A stretch of DNA of 64,000 nt from contig CANMVY010000006.1 in assembly GCA_947501265.1 (NCBI GenBank), forward strand, positions 5 to 64,004. Direction: 5' to 3'. Position numbers and translations under genes: made by a program. The stretch is from Bacteroidota bacterium (GTDB taxonomy: Bacteria; Bacteroidota; Bacteroidia; UBA7662; CANHCV01). Positions 9,609 through 18,240 of the stretch are shown in pieces (positions within the stretch are counted from its first letter, which is position 1; each line of letters begins with the position of its first letter). The notes below the pieces were generated by a model. The model was not told the origin of the DNA and ran no database searches. It worked only from the letters and a program-made list of their open reading frames with translations.

Positions 9609-10197
9609 CCCATCCCTCCTTTCTCAATAATTTTTTCAACGCAGCCCGAGCACGATTCAGTTGGCTTTTTGAAGTTCCTTCGGAAATACTCAGCAATTCT
9701 GAAATTTCTTTGTGCGAATAATGCTCTACTGCGTACAAATTCAAAATGGTACGATAACCAACCGGCAACTTGTGAATCAATCGAATTACGGCATCGTATT
9801 GGTGGTCTTTTCGGTGAAGAGCTTCGTAATCGAGATCGAAATCTGGATCATGCCCCATGGTATCGTCATTCCATTCCACCAAAATTTGTTTTTTAATGGC
9901 ATTAATGGCATTATTAATCATAACCCGGGTAATCCAAGTTTCCAATTTTGCTTGTCCTTTAAACGTATGGATTTTTGTAAAAACCTTGATGAAACCGTCG
10001 TGCATCAAATCTTTAGCATCTTCAATTTTTGCTGTGTATCGTTTGCAAATAGAAAGCATTTTGGGCGCAAATCGTTCGTACAAAACCTTACTGGCAAGCT
10101 GTTCACCGGCTAAAACTCCGGCAATTAACAACTCGTCGGTATGGTATGTTTCTTCCTTTTGGCCCAAAAATTTTCGTATGTTGATGCTTAATTCCAA
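9592..10197 (-). CDS. RNA polymerase sigma-70 factor, ECF subfamily.
   Basis: Region 2: ELLIAGVLAGEQLASKVLYERFAPKMLSICKRY. Region 4: YRTILNLYAVEHYSHKEISELLSISEGTSKSQLNRARAALKK. There is no in-frame ATG upstream of region 2, so the start must be TTG (10197) or a nearby TTG. Confidence 0.85.
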   Translation of the reverse strand: MELSINIRKFLGQKEETYHTDELLIAGVLAGEQLASKVLYERFAPKMLSICKRYTAKIEDAKDLMHDGFIKVFTKIHTFKGQAKLETWITRVMINNAINAIKKQILVEWNDDTMGHDPDFDLDYEALHRKDHQYDAVIRLIHKLPVGYRTILNLYAVEHYSHKEISELLSISEGTSKSQLNRARAALKKLLRKEGWDETSA

Positions 10198-10237
10198 ATC
10201 GAAGTAAAGACGAGAAGATGATGAATGGTTGCAGACT

Positions 10238-11317
10238 TTAAAGAGGAATTTCCAATTTTTCGGAAATCTTTTTCAATTGATCAACAACAATGGGATTTAA
10301 TGGAATTCCTTTTTCCATTCTTTCCGAAAAATATGCCATTTCTGGTTCACCTGGAATGATGACAGGAATATTTTCAACAGCTGGAATGGAGGATTTAAAT
10401 CGGTGAATCCAAGTTAAAATGGCTTGGTCGTAGGAAGATCGTGTTCGGAATGCTTCCGGGTTGATGATCCAAAAGCAATGACCAATCCCCTTCCCTACCG
10501 TTTCCGAAGGCATAGGTGCAAATGCCGGGAAGGGCGGAACCCACGGACCGAAGTTAGCTCCACTTAAAACGCCCGAAAACAAGTCGACCACGGCCGACAA
10601 TCCGAAACCTTTGTGTACGCCTAACTCTTCAAAACTACCCAGAGGAAGCATCATTCCTCCTTTTTTCAAAATGGAAGGATCGGTACTAGAATTTCCATCG
10701 GTATCCATCACCCACCCTTTTGGAATGGGTTTGCCTTTTCTTTCAGCAATTTCTAATTTACCGTTGGCCGCTGCAGAGGTTGCCAAATCAACCACCACGT
10801 GGCGGCCATCTGGACTTGGAAAAGCATAGCACATGGGATTCGTTCCCAACATTCGTTCAATTCCCCCAGCAGGGGCCACAAATGCAGAAGCATTGGTGAA
10901 TGAAATACCAATAAATCCTTGAGAAAGCGCTTTTTTTAAATGGGAATAAGCAATTCCGAAATGATTAGAATGATTCACAACCACCATTCCTATTCCACAT
11001 TTTTTCGCCTTTTCTATGGCCATATCGGTTGCGATAGAACCTGAAACCAAACCAACTGCCGCATCAGCATCCAATGTGGCCGTGGCCAGGGCTTCCGCTT
11101 CGATGGTGATGTTTGGAGTTGGATTGATTCGCCCAACCTGAATGAGATTTAAATAACCTTGCAAGCGAGCTACTCCGTGGGAATCAATTCCGCGCAAATC
11201 GGCTTCCAATAAATTGTTGGTAGCTAGCGCGGCATCATCTTCTGAAAATCCACTTTTTATCCATACTTGATGAACAAAATTCCGAAGTTCATAAAACTTA
11301 AATACAACGTCTTCCAT
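10238..11317 (-). CDS. Ldh_2-family (malate / L-lactate / sulfolactate dehydrogenase type 2) oxidoreductase.
   Basis: Motifs GIDSHGV, NHSNHFG, GTNPMCYAFP and AANGKLEIAERKGKPIPKGW are typical of PF02615. Confidence 0.75.
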   Translation of the reverse strand: MEDVVFKFYELRNFVHQVWIKSGFSEDDAALATNNLLEADLRGIDSHGVARLQGYLNLIQVGRINPTPNITIEAEALATATLDADAAVGLVSGSIATDMAIEKAKKCGIGMVVVNHSNHFGIAYSHLKKALSQGFIGISFTNASAFVAPAGGIERMLGTNPMCYAFPSPDGRHVVVDLATSAAANGKLEIAERKGKPIPKGWVMDTDGNSSTDPSILKKGGMMLPLGSFEELGVHKGFGLSAVVDLFSGVLSGANFGPWVPPFPAFAPMPSETVGKGIGHCFWIINPEAFRTRSSYDQAILTWIHRFKSSIPAVENIPVIIPGEPEMAYFSERMEKGIPLNPIVVDQLKKISEKLEIPL

Positions 11318-12051
11318 TATCGAATCCCTTCCACCAGAATATCTGCAATATGCAAGACTTTCATTGGACTATTTTTATTCTCGAGGTAAGCTTTCAAGTG
11401 AAGCAAACAGCTCAAATCGGAAGAAACCAAAAATTCAGCTCCTGTTTTTTCGGCTTCAATGCATTTTTGATCACCCATCCCAACCGAAATGGGCTCGTAT
11501 TTTGCCGCAAAAGTTCCTCCAAATCCACAGCAAGTTCTATTGTTCTCTAAATCTCTCCAATCGATGCCCTGAATGGGTTTCAATAATTTTCGTGGTTCTT
11601 CGTAAATGTTGCATTCTCGAAGTGCAGAACAAGCATCGTGGTAAGTAATGCTCGCATCAAAACGCATGGTTGAGGTATCTACTTTTAACACGTTCACGAG
11701 AAAATCAACAAATTCAAAGGTGTTTTTTTTGATTTGTTTCCAAGTGTTTTGAAGGGATGAATTTTGGAATAAATCAGCGTAGAAATTTTTAATCATTCCG
11801 GTGCAAGAACTTGAAAGAACCACAACATACCGGTCATTGTTGAATTCTCCGATAAACTTTTCGGCCACTTCTTGCGCCTCAGGCCAAAATCCCGCATTGA
11901 ACGCCGGTTGTCCGCAACATGTTTGATTTTGGTGGTAATGTACCTCGCAACCGAAATACTCTAAAACGCGCACGGCATTCATGGCACTTTGTGGGAAACA
12001 TTGGTCTACGAAGCAAGGGACAAAGAAATCAATTTGAATTTTCTGGGACAT
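11317..12051 (-). CDS. LutA/YkgE-family (Fe-S)-binding protein with two CCG cysteine-rich domains.
   Basis: IDFFVPCFVDQ...CCGQPA and CCGFGGTF...DLSCLLHL, co-linear with E. coli YkgE. Overlaps Ldh_2 by 1 nt and the MFS gene by 23 nt. Confidence 0.8.
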   Translation of the reverse strand: MSQKIQIDFFVPCFVDQCFPQSAMNAVRVLEYFGCEVHYHQNQTCCGQPAFNAGFWPEAQEVAEKFIGEFNNDRYVVVLSSSCTGMIKNFYADLFQNSSLQNTWKQIKKNTFEFVDFLVNVLKVDTSTMRFDASITYHDACSALRECNIYEEPRKLLKPIQGIDWRDLENNRTCCGFGGTFAAKYEPISVGMGDQKCIEAEKTGAEFLVSSDLSCLLHLKAYLENKNSPMKVLHIADILVEGIR

Positions 12052-13444
12052 GTTTAGGGCGTTGAATCATTTGAAACAAAATAAAACTAGCAACAAAAAA
12101 ACCTGCCAACATCAAAGTAGAAACCCTCATGCTTCCGGTAATTTCGTTCACCACTCCAAATGCAAAAGTACCCAAAACGATACCTATTTTCTCGGTAAAC
12201 TCGAACAACGAAAAGAAAGAAGCCAGATCGGTGGAATCTTTTGGAATAAAGCGAGCAAAAGATGCTCTCGACAACGATTGAATGCCTCCCATAATCAAAC
12301 CTACAGCCAAAGCCAAAGCGTAAAATTGCATATCCGTTTGCAAGTAGTAGGCACCAATACAAATCCCCACCCAAAGCAATACGCCTGCTTTTATCACCGG
12401 AATGTCACCAAATTTATTGGATAATTTGGAAAAAAGATAGGCTCCTCCTATTGCTACCAATTGAATTAACAAAACCGTTAGGATTAATTGGCCTGTTTCT
12501 AAATGCAATTCATTTTTACCGAACAAGGTAGCCACAAACATCACCGTTTGAAGACCCATGCTCAACATGAAAAAACCGAAGATGAAAAAAGAAAGTGATC
12601 GATTTTGCAAAGCATATTGAAGTACTTTTTTCAACTCTTTGAATCCGGCCCCCAATTGTTTCAATCCGCCTTTACCTTTTGCTTTTTCAGAAGGAAGTCG
12701 TTTGAACGTGATAAGCGAAAATCCAAACCACCAGATTCCTGTTAAAACAAAACCTATTCTCGAACCCAATCCTGCAAAGTGAGACTTCACCAATTGATCC
12801 AATTCTTCTTTGGGTAAATTTTGATCTAGCGTTCCACGAAATCCTTCCACATCAAAGAAAAGTCCGGGAACTAAAATCATCACTAAAATTAAAATCAACA
12901 GAATAACCGAGCCAATGTAGCCATAGGAAAAACCTTTGGCAGAAACCTCATCGTATTTGTCGGGTGAGGCAATTTCGGGCAAGAAGCCGTTGTAATACAC
13001 CAAGCTTCCACCCCACCCGATTCCTGCGAGAATAAAACCAATAACACCAATTTCAACGTGGTTGTTATCGAAGAAAAAGAGCGACATCACGGATAGAGAA
13101 CCCAAGATGACGTAGAAGCGCATGAACTTCTTTTTGGCTCCAGAAACATCGGCCCATCCTGACAACAATGGAGCCAAAAGAGCAACCATGAAATAGAAAA
13201 AGGTGCCGCAATAGGAATACAGAGCTGTGTTTAGAAACTCCATTCCAAAAATTTTAATGTAGTGCAATTGTTGCTCTGCACCTTCCGAAAAAACTTTTTC
13301 GATTCTACCTGTATTTTGAGCGGCGGCTTTGGTAACGCCTTCGAAATATTGGGGAAAAATTGCTGTTGTAATAACCAAATTGAAAACCGAATTGGCCCAG
13401 TCGTACATGGCCCAACCTCGAATGGTTTTTGGATTGTTCATCAT
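12029..13444 (-). CDS. MFS transporter, UMF1/Atg22-like family.
   Basis: N-terminal MYDWANSVFNLVITTAIFPQYF signature. Multiple TM segments. Confidence 0.75.
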   Translation of the reverse strand: MMNNPKTIRGWAMYDWANSVFNLVITTAIFPQYFEGVTKAAAQNTGRIEKVFSEGAEQQLHYIKIFGMEFLNTALYSYCGTFFYFMVALLAPLLSGWADVSGAKKKFMRFYVILGSLSVMSLFFFDNNHVEIGVIGFILAGIGWGGSLVYYNGFLPEIASPDKYDEVSAKGFSYGYIGSVILLILILVMILVPGLFFDVEGFRGTLDQNLPKEELDQLVKSHFAGLGSRIGFVLTGIWWFGFSLITFKRLPSEKAKGKGGLKQLGAGFKELKKVLQYALQNRSLSFFIFGFFMLSMGLQTVMFVATLFGKNELHLETGQLILTVLLIQLVAIGGAYLFSKLSNKFGDIPVIKAGVLLWVGICIGAYYLQTDMQFYALALAVGLIMGGIQSLSRASFARFIPKDSTDLASFFSLFEFTEKIGIVLGTFAFGVVNEITGSMRVSTLMLAGFFVASFILFQMIQRPKHVPENSN

Positions 13445-13455
13445 GACATCAAAGG

Positions 13456-13490
13456 TAAAAAAAACGGCGGTTGTTTCACAACAGCCGCCG
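13456..13490 (-). terminator. Intrinsic-terminator-like hairpin plus U8, lying 12 nt upstream of the MFS start codon. Either the scpB terminator or a leader attenuator.
   Basis: Minus strand reads CGGCGGCTGTT-GTGA-AACAACCGCCG followed by TTTTTTTT. Confidence 0.6.
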
Positions 13491-13633
13491 AATCCGGTGA
13501 AACGAATTCCACCTAACTAACCATGAAAAAGAATGCTCCATTAAAAATGGAGTTTCTGTGGGGACGAATCCCCAGTATTTTGAGGAAAATCCTTTTTATT
13601 TCTTTGAACAAAGATAATCCAATGAGTCTTATT
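13491..13633 (-). promoter_or_regulatory. Structured 5' leader between scpB and the MFS-LutA-Ldh_2 operon. Candidate attenuator or riboswitch-like element.
   Basis: Two further hairpins are present: CUGGGGA-UUCG-UCCCCAG with a UUCG tetraloop, and CUCCAU-UUUUUA-AUGGAG. A 7-nt segment GUUUCAC is complementary to GUGAAAC inside the terminator. Confidence 0.3.
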
Positions 13634-14188
13634 TTACTCTTTTTCTGTTCCCACTTCGTTGATATCAGATTTAATATCTTCCATTTTTGGGAGTTCAGAA
13701 AGATCGTTAATTCCAAAGTATTCCATGAAAAATGGAGTCGTACCATACAATATGGGTTTCCCTGGACCATCACCTTTTCCAACAATTCGAATCAGTTCCC
13801 GTTCCAAAAGTTTATGAACGGCAGAGTCGCAATTGACGCCCCGAATGTATTCTAAATCGCCTTTTGTTACCGGTTGTTGGTAGGCAATCAAGGCCAACGA
13901 TTCTAAGGCTGCTGGAGATAATCTTCGCTTTGAATTGTTTTTTAAAAGAAGTCCAATGGCATCATGATAATCGGGATTGGTAACAAATTTATATCCACCG
14001 CCCACTTCAATCAATTGAAATCCAGAATTTTGAAATTCGATTTTCATTCTTCCAATTTCCTGAACCATGGAAAGCTGATTCAATTTTGAATCGGGGTTTA
14101 ATTCTTCCCAAACTTTGTGCAATTGTTCCAAATCGATGGGTTCGGGGGATGCAAAGATGAGCGCTTCTAAAAACGATTTAAGGTTCAT
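13634..14188 (-). CDS. scpB: Segregation and condensation protein B.
   Basis: LEALIFASPEPI...LESLALIAYQQPVTKGDLEYIRGVN...LLERELI, a winged-helix tandem typical of ScpB. Confidence 0.85.
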   Translation of the reverse strand: MNLKSFLEALIFASPEPIDLEQLHKVWEELNPDSKLNQLSMVQEIGRMKIEFQNSGFQLIEVGGGYKFVTNPDYHDAIGLLLKNNSKRRLSPAALESLALIAYQQPVTKGDLEYIRGVNCDSAVHKLLERELIRIVGKGDGPGKPILYGTTPFFMEYFGINDLSELPKMEDIKSDINEVGTEKE

Positions 14189-14203
14189 TGCAACAAAGTT
14201 ATT

Positions 14204-14950
14204 TTAAATCCCAATGGTTTGAAACAAAAGTTTTAAACTTGCTAGGGCTAAAACGATGGACATGATTCTTTTAAGTTGATGTTCCTTGCTTTTCAAGCTG
14301 CCCCAACGAGCCCCCAAAAATCCACAAAGAAGAACAAGTGGAAAAATCATCCAGAATTGCTGGGTTTGATGCTGGATCTCAGGAAGAGAGGTTGCAGCAA
14401 GTCCGCCCAAAGAGTTGACCACAATAAACCAGGACGATTGGGCGGAAACCTCTTTCGAATTCCCCCATTTGCTGGCCATTAATATTGGAGTCAACAAAAT
14501 TCCACCTCCTATTCCCAACATTCCCGAAAGCCAACCCAATCCGCCTCCAATCAAAATCAATCCCCATTTTTGCTCAACCGGAAATTTCCAGTCTGATTTT
14601 CCTTTCCAAAGTACCCATGCCGAATACCAAAGGAAAAGCATCAAAACAACGTTCAACCAGCTTTCTTTGATTCCAAATTTTGAACCCCAAAAAGCCATTG
14701 GAACAGATAGAAGTACTAAACTTAAGAATGGCTTCCATTGGAAATATCCCAGTCGGGTAAATTGGATCGCACTGATTGAAGCTACCAAAGCATTCAAAAT
14801 CAAAACTGGAATTTTTATTTCTTGTGGAGTGAAACCCAAAAGAATAAAAAGAGCAATATAACCGCTTGCTCCACCGTGCCCGACCGAAGCATACAAAAAA
14901 GCCAGGGCTGAAAAGCCCACAATGATGATTAGGATTAGGGAAGAATCCAT
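14204..14950 (-). CDS. Sulfite exporter TauE/SafE family membrane protein.
   Basis: About 8 TM helices. Paired GxGGG-type motifs (HGGASGYIAL / GIGGGILLTPIL). Confidence 0.7.
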   Translation of the reverse strand: MDSSLILIIIVGFSALAFLYASVGHGGASGYIALFILLGFTPQEIKIPVLILNALVASISAIQFTRLGYFQWKPFLSLVLLSVPMAFWGSKFGIKESWLNVVLMLFLWYSAWVLWKGKSDWKFPVEQKWGLILIGGGLGWLSGMLGIGGGILLTPILMASKWGNSKEVSAQSSWFIVVNSLGGLAATSLPEIQHQTQQFWMIFPLVLLCGFLGARWGSLKSKEHQLKRIMSIVLALASLKLLFQTIGI

Positions 14951-16101
14951 GTTTTTATCAAATCACCAATCTCAATGATTTCTTGTTGTGCAGGGATTTC
15001 TACCAATGCATTGGCATTCGACATGCTGAAAATGTGGTGAGAATCGGAGTTTTTGATGATTTCCATTTCCCCGTTTTGAACGATTGCTCGATAGAATTGA
15101 GTCAAGCCTGGTTTCCTCGAAAGGCTCGTTTTTGAAGGAAGGAAAACAAATTGCAATGGTTTTCTTTGGAAAAAGTCGTAAACAAACATCCACAAACCAT
15201 GAGCGACTGAAATGGGATTTCCTGGAAGCCCCCAAAAGTAAACGTTGTTTTTCTTAGCGAACAGAAGGGGCTTACCCGGTTTTTGTGCCACTCCATGGAA
15301 AATAATTTCAAACTCGAGCTGCTTCAAAATTTCAGGAATGAAATCGTAATCGCCAACCGATACACCACCCGTTGCTAAGATAACATCGGAGCTCTCCATG
15401 GCTTTTTCAATTTTCTCTCTGATTTCCTTTTCGTTATCTTTAGCAGATTCAACCGTGATATTTATTCCAATTTTCTGGCCAAAATCCAGCAACAATGGAA
15501 TGTTGGAATCGAAAATTTGGCCATTGGTCGTCAATTCTCCGGGTTGAATGACTTCGTTGCCGGTTACAATGGCTGTTACTTTTGGCGTTTGATAAACGTT
15601 AACGGTAGCTTTTCCAATTCCAGAAATCGTTGCAGCTACTGCGCCGTTGATGAGGGTTTGTGCTTGGAAGAGCAATTGCCCCTTTTGCACATGACTCCCC
15701 TTCAATCGGATATTAGCTCCACGGGAAGGAAGCTGGTTAAAGGTTACTTTTTGATGATCCCAATTGGCCCATTCCTGCATGATTACGGTATCGGCCCAAT
15801 CGGGAACCGGTGCTCCGGTGAAAATTCGACAGGCACTATTGGGGCTGTTCAATTCTAAGACGGAGCAAGTGCCCGCAGCGATTTCTCCAACCAAGTTGTA
15901 CTCCGTTGTTTCTTGAAGATTGATGGCAAATCCATCCATAGCGGAAGAATGAAAGGGCGGTAAATCCATTTCTGAAAAAATGGATTCAGCTAGAAATTTC
16001 CCAATGGCATATTGGATGCTGATCTCCTCGGTTTTGTGCATCCATGATTCATTCAAAATCAAGGATTTGGCTTCTGTTATTTCAATCAATTTCTTTTTCA
16101 T
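14935..16101 (-). CDS. moeA: Molybdopterin molybdotransferase.
   Basis: GGVSVGDYDF...GVAQKPGKPLLFA...GLPGNPISV. The start was set to the internal MKKKLIEITEAKS, which overlaps the moaA stop as ATGA. The track start upstream is a non-ATG extension. Confidence 0.85.
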   Translation of the reverse strand: MKKKLIEITEAKSLILNESWMHKTEEISIQYAIGKFLAESIFSEMDLPPFHSSAMDGFAINLQETTEYNLVGEIAAGTCSVLELNSPNSACRIFTGAPVPDWADTVIMQEWANWDHQKVTFNQLPSRGANIRLKGSHVQKGQLLFQAQTLINGAVAATISGIGKATVNVYQTPKVTAIVTGNEVIQPGELTTNGQIFDSNIPLLLDFGQKIGINITVESAKDNEKEIREKIEKAMESSDVILATGGVSVGDYDFIPEILKQLEFEIIFHGVAQKPGKPLLFAKKNNVYFWGLPGNPISVAHGLWMFVYDFFQRKPLQFVFLPSKTSLSRKPGLTQFYRAIVQNGEMEIIKNSDSHHIFSMSNANALVEIPAQQEIIEIGDLIKTWILP

Positions 16102-17072
16102 CCTCCTATTGCTATCATGCTTCTGTTTTCCATGTTTGAAGAAAGCAACTGACCTCCAGTTTGAGCATGTTTGGCCCAAACGTTGTTTAAAATGATTTCT
16201 TTTAAATCGTTACCATTTCTCAATGCTCCCAACAAGTCGTCTTCACGTTTTCCGAACAAGCAATTTTTCATTTTGCCATCGGCCGTGATGCGCAAGCGAT
16301 TGCATCCGCTGCAAAACGGATCAGAAACGGTGCTTATGACTCCAAATTTTCCTTCAAAACCAACGATTTGAAAACGATCTGCTGTTTCTTCAGGAGATTT
16401 TGGAAGGGATTTTATGGTAAAATTTTGCTGAATGATGTCCAAAATTTCTGCTTTGGTGAGGACTTGATTTCGGTCCCAATCGTTTCCCGAAAAGGGCATC
16501 ATTTCGATCATTCGAACTTCAACATTTTGGTTTTGGGTCAGTTGAACGAAATCTAAAATTTCTTTTTGTGAGGTAGCTTGTGTAGGAACAGCATTGATTT
16601 TTACCTCAAATCCTCTTTCTACAGCTTCTTGAATTCCAATTTTCACTTTATGAAAGTCGTCAACGCCAACGATTCGGTAAAACTCAAGGGGGTCGAGAGA
16701 ATCGAGACTGACATTGATTTTATTCAGTCCAATTTTTTCGAATTGATCGAGAAACTTGGGAAGAAAAACCCCGTTGGTTGTAATGGCTAATTCTACGGGT
16801 AAATCTCCAAGACGATTGAAAATTTCTGCGGCATCCTTTCGCACGAGGGGTTCACCTCCGGTGATTCTAATTTTTTGGATGCCCAAATCGATAAAGGTTT
16901 CTGCCAAGAGTTGAATTTCAAGGGGGAGCATCCATTGGCTGCGTGGGGTAACGGGGAACGATTTTCCTGAAGTGCAATAGGTGCAACGGAAGTTGCATGC
17001 ATCGGTTATGCTGATGCGCAAATACGAATGTTTTCTGCCAAAAGTATCAACCAATTTTATTTCTTTCTCCAT
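16098..17072 (-). CDS. moaA: GTP 3',8-cyclase (radical SAM).
   Basis: CNFRCTYC is the radical-SAM CxxxCxxC motif. MoaA C-terminal motifs CSGCNRLRITADGK. Confidence 0.9.
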   Translation of the reverse strand: MEKEIKLVDTFGRKHSYLRISITDACNFRCTYCTSGKSFPVTPRSQWMLPLEIQLLAETFIDLGIQKIRITGGEPLVRKDAAEIFNRLGDLPVELAITTNGVFLPKFLDQFEKIGLNKINVSLDSLDPLEFYRIVGVDDFHKVKIGIQEAVERGFEVKINAVPTQATSQKEILDFVQLTQNQNVEVRMIEMMPFSGNDWDRNQVLTKAEILDIIQQNFTIKSLPKSPEETADRFQIVGFEGKFGVISTVSDPFCSGCNRLRITADGKMKNCLFGKREDDLLGALRNGNDLKEIILNNVWAKHAQTGGQLLSSNMENRSMIAIGG

Positions 17073-18214
17073 GCAAATCCTACAGTCAGTAACCCCAAAA
17101 ATATGGAAATTGAGGTCATTCCAAATACTAACGAAATGTTTGAACTTGAGTTTTCAAACAGTTGTGCTCCAAAAACGGCTCCTGCACCAATTCCCGCCTC
17201 CATGGCTATGTACAATGAGGATAATGCCCTTCCTCGGTGTTGAGGATCGGATAAATCAACAGCCCATGCAAACAATACCGGTGAAAGAATTCCTGTGCCC
17301 ATGCCGTAAATTGCTGATGCAACAATCACTTCCGAAGGCGAGGAAAGTTTCATCAAAAAAATGGTAGCAATTAATTGCAAAATCAACCCTAAAAAAACAA
17401 TGGGAATTCTTCCCCACCGATCGCTCCACTTTCCAGCAAAAATGCGCACGGTCATGGATGCAAGGGTTACCGAAAGCATGAAAGAGCTTTTGTTTTTAAA
17501 TCCCATTTCAGTACAAACATCCGGCAAAACGGTAACAATTGCTCCAAACAGAACCACGGAAAAAAGCATCACCAACATCGGGAAAATAACTTGCGGTTCG
17601 TAAATGGCCTTGAAATAAATAACCAAGTCCCTTCCCTCGAATTTCCGTTTGGCCGGTAACGTTTCAGGAAGGGTGAATATCAATCCCAATGAAATTAAAG
17701 CCATGACGGTAGAAAGGTTAAACAATCGGTTCATCCCCCACTCCAATGCAATTTCGGTACCCAGGTAAGGTCCCAAAGCCATACCGATTTGAATGCAAAA
17801 CCCAAGAACTCCCATCGCTTCTCCCCTTTTATTTTCGGGGATGATATCGGAAAGCATGGCGGTCGTTCCTGTTGGCGCAAAACCCGTAGAAAACCCGTGA
17901 AAAAATCGAACCGCCAAAAAACCAGCAACCGAAACAAACAAAACGTAACCCAAACCACTAAATGCTGCAGCAATGCAACCGATTAAAATCATGGGTTTGC
18001 GTCCAAACTTATCCGACCATCGGCCAGAGTACAATCTTCCAATTAGAGCTGAAACGGTAAAAATTCCAATGATCCATCCTTTATAATCTTGTCCACCTAA
18101 AAGGGTTAAATAATTGGGGAGTTCTCCAATAAGCAGGCTAAAACTTAAAAAAAAGAAAAATGAATTCAAGCAAAGCAGCCAAAAAGCTTTTCCGTAAGTT
18201 TGTGTTGAATTCAT
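17057..18214 (-). CDS. MFS transporter.
   Basis: 12-TM pattern and GRLYSGRWSDKFGRKP motif. Its stop overlaps the moaA start. Confidence 0.7.
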   Translation of the reverse strand: MNSTQTYGKAFWLLCLNSFFFFLSFSLLIGELPNYLTLLGGQDYKGWIIGIFTVSALIGRLYSGRWSDKFGRKPMILIGCIAAAFSGLGYVLFVSVAGFLAVRFFHGFSTGFAPTGTTAMLSDIIPENKRGEAMGVLGFCIQIGMALGPYLGTEIALEWGMNRLFNLSTVMALISLGLIFTLPETLPAKRKFEGRDLVIYFKAIYEPQVIFPMLVMLFSVVLFGAIVTVLPDVCTEMGFKNKSSFMLSVTLASMTVRIFAGKWSDRWGRIPIVFLGLILQLIATIFLMKLSSPSEVIVASAIYGMGTGILSPVLFAWAVDLSDPQHRGRALSSLYIAMEAGIGAGAVFGAQLFENSSSNISLVFGMTSISIFLGLLTVGFAWRKK

Positions 18215-18240
18215 AAGTTGCGAAATTACCCATATTTGAA

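Noticed and set aside
9712-10113. 133-aa plus-strand ORF antisense to the ECF sigma gene. Also similar antisense ORFs at 12050..12424, 14415..14861, 16981..17367, 43256..43672 and 51018..51266.
   Set aside because: They lie wholly within strongly supported genes on the opposite strand. They have low-complexity composition and no flanking signals. These are typical shadow ORFs.
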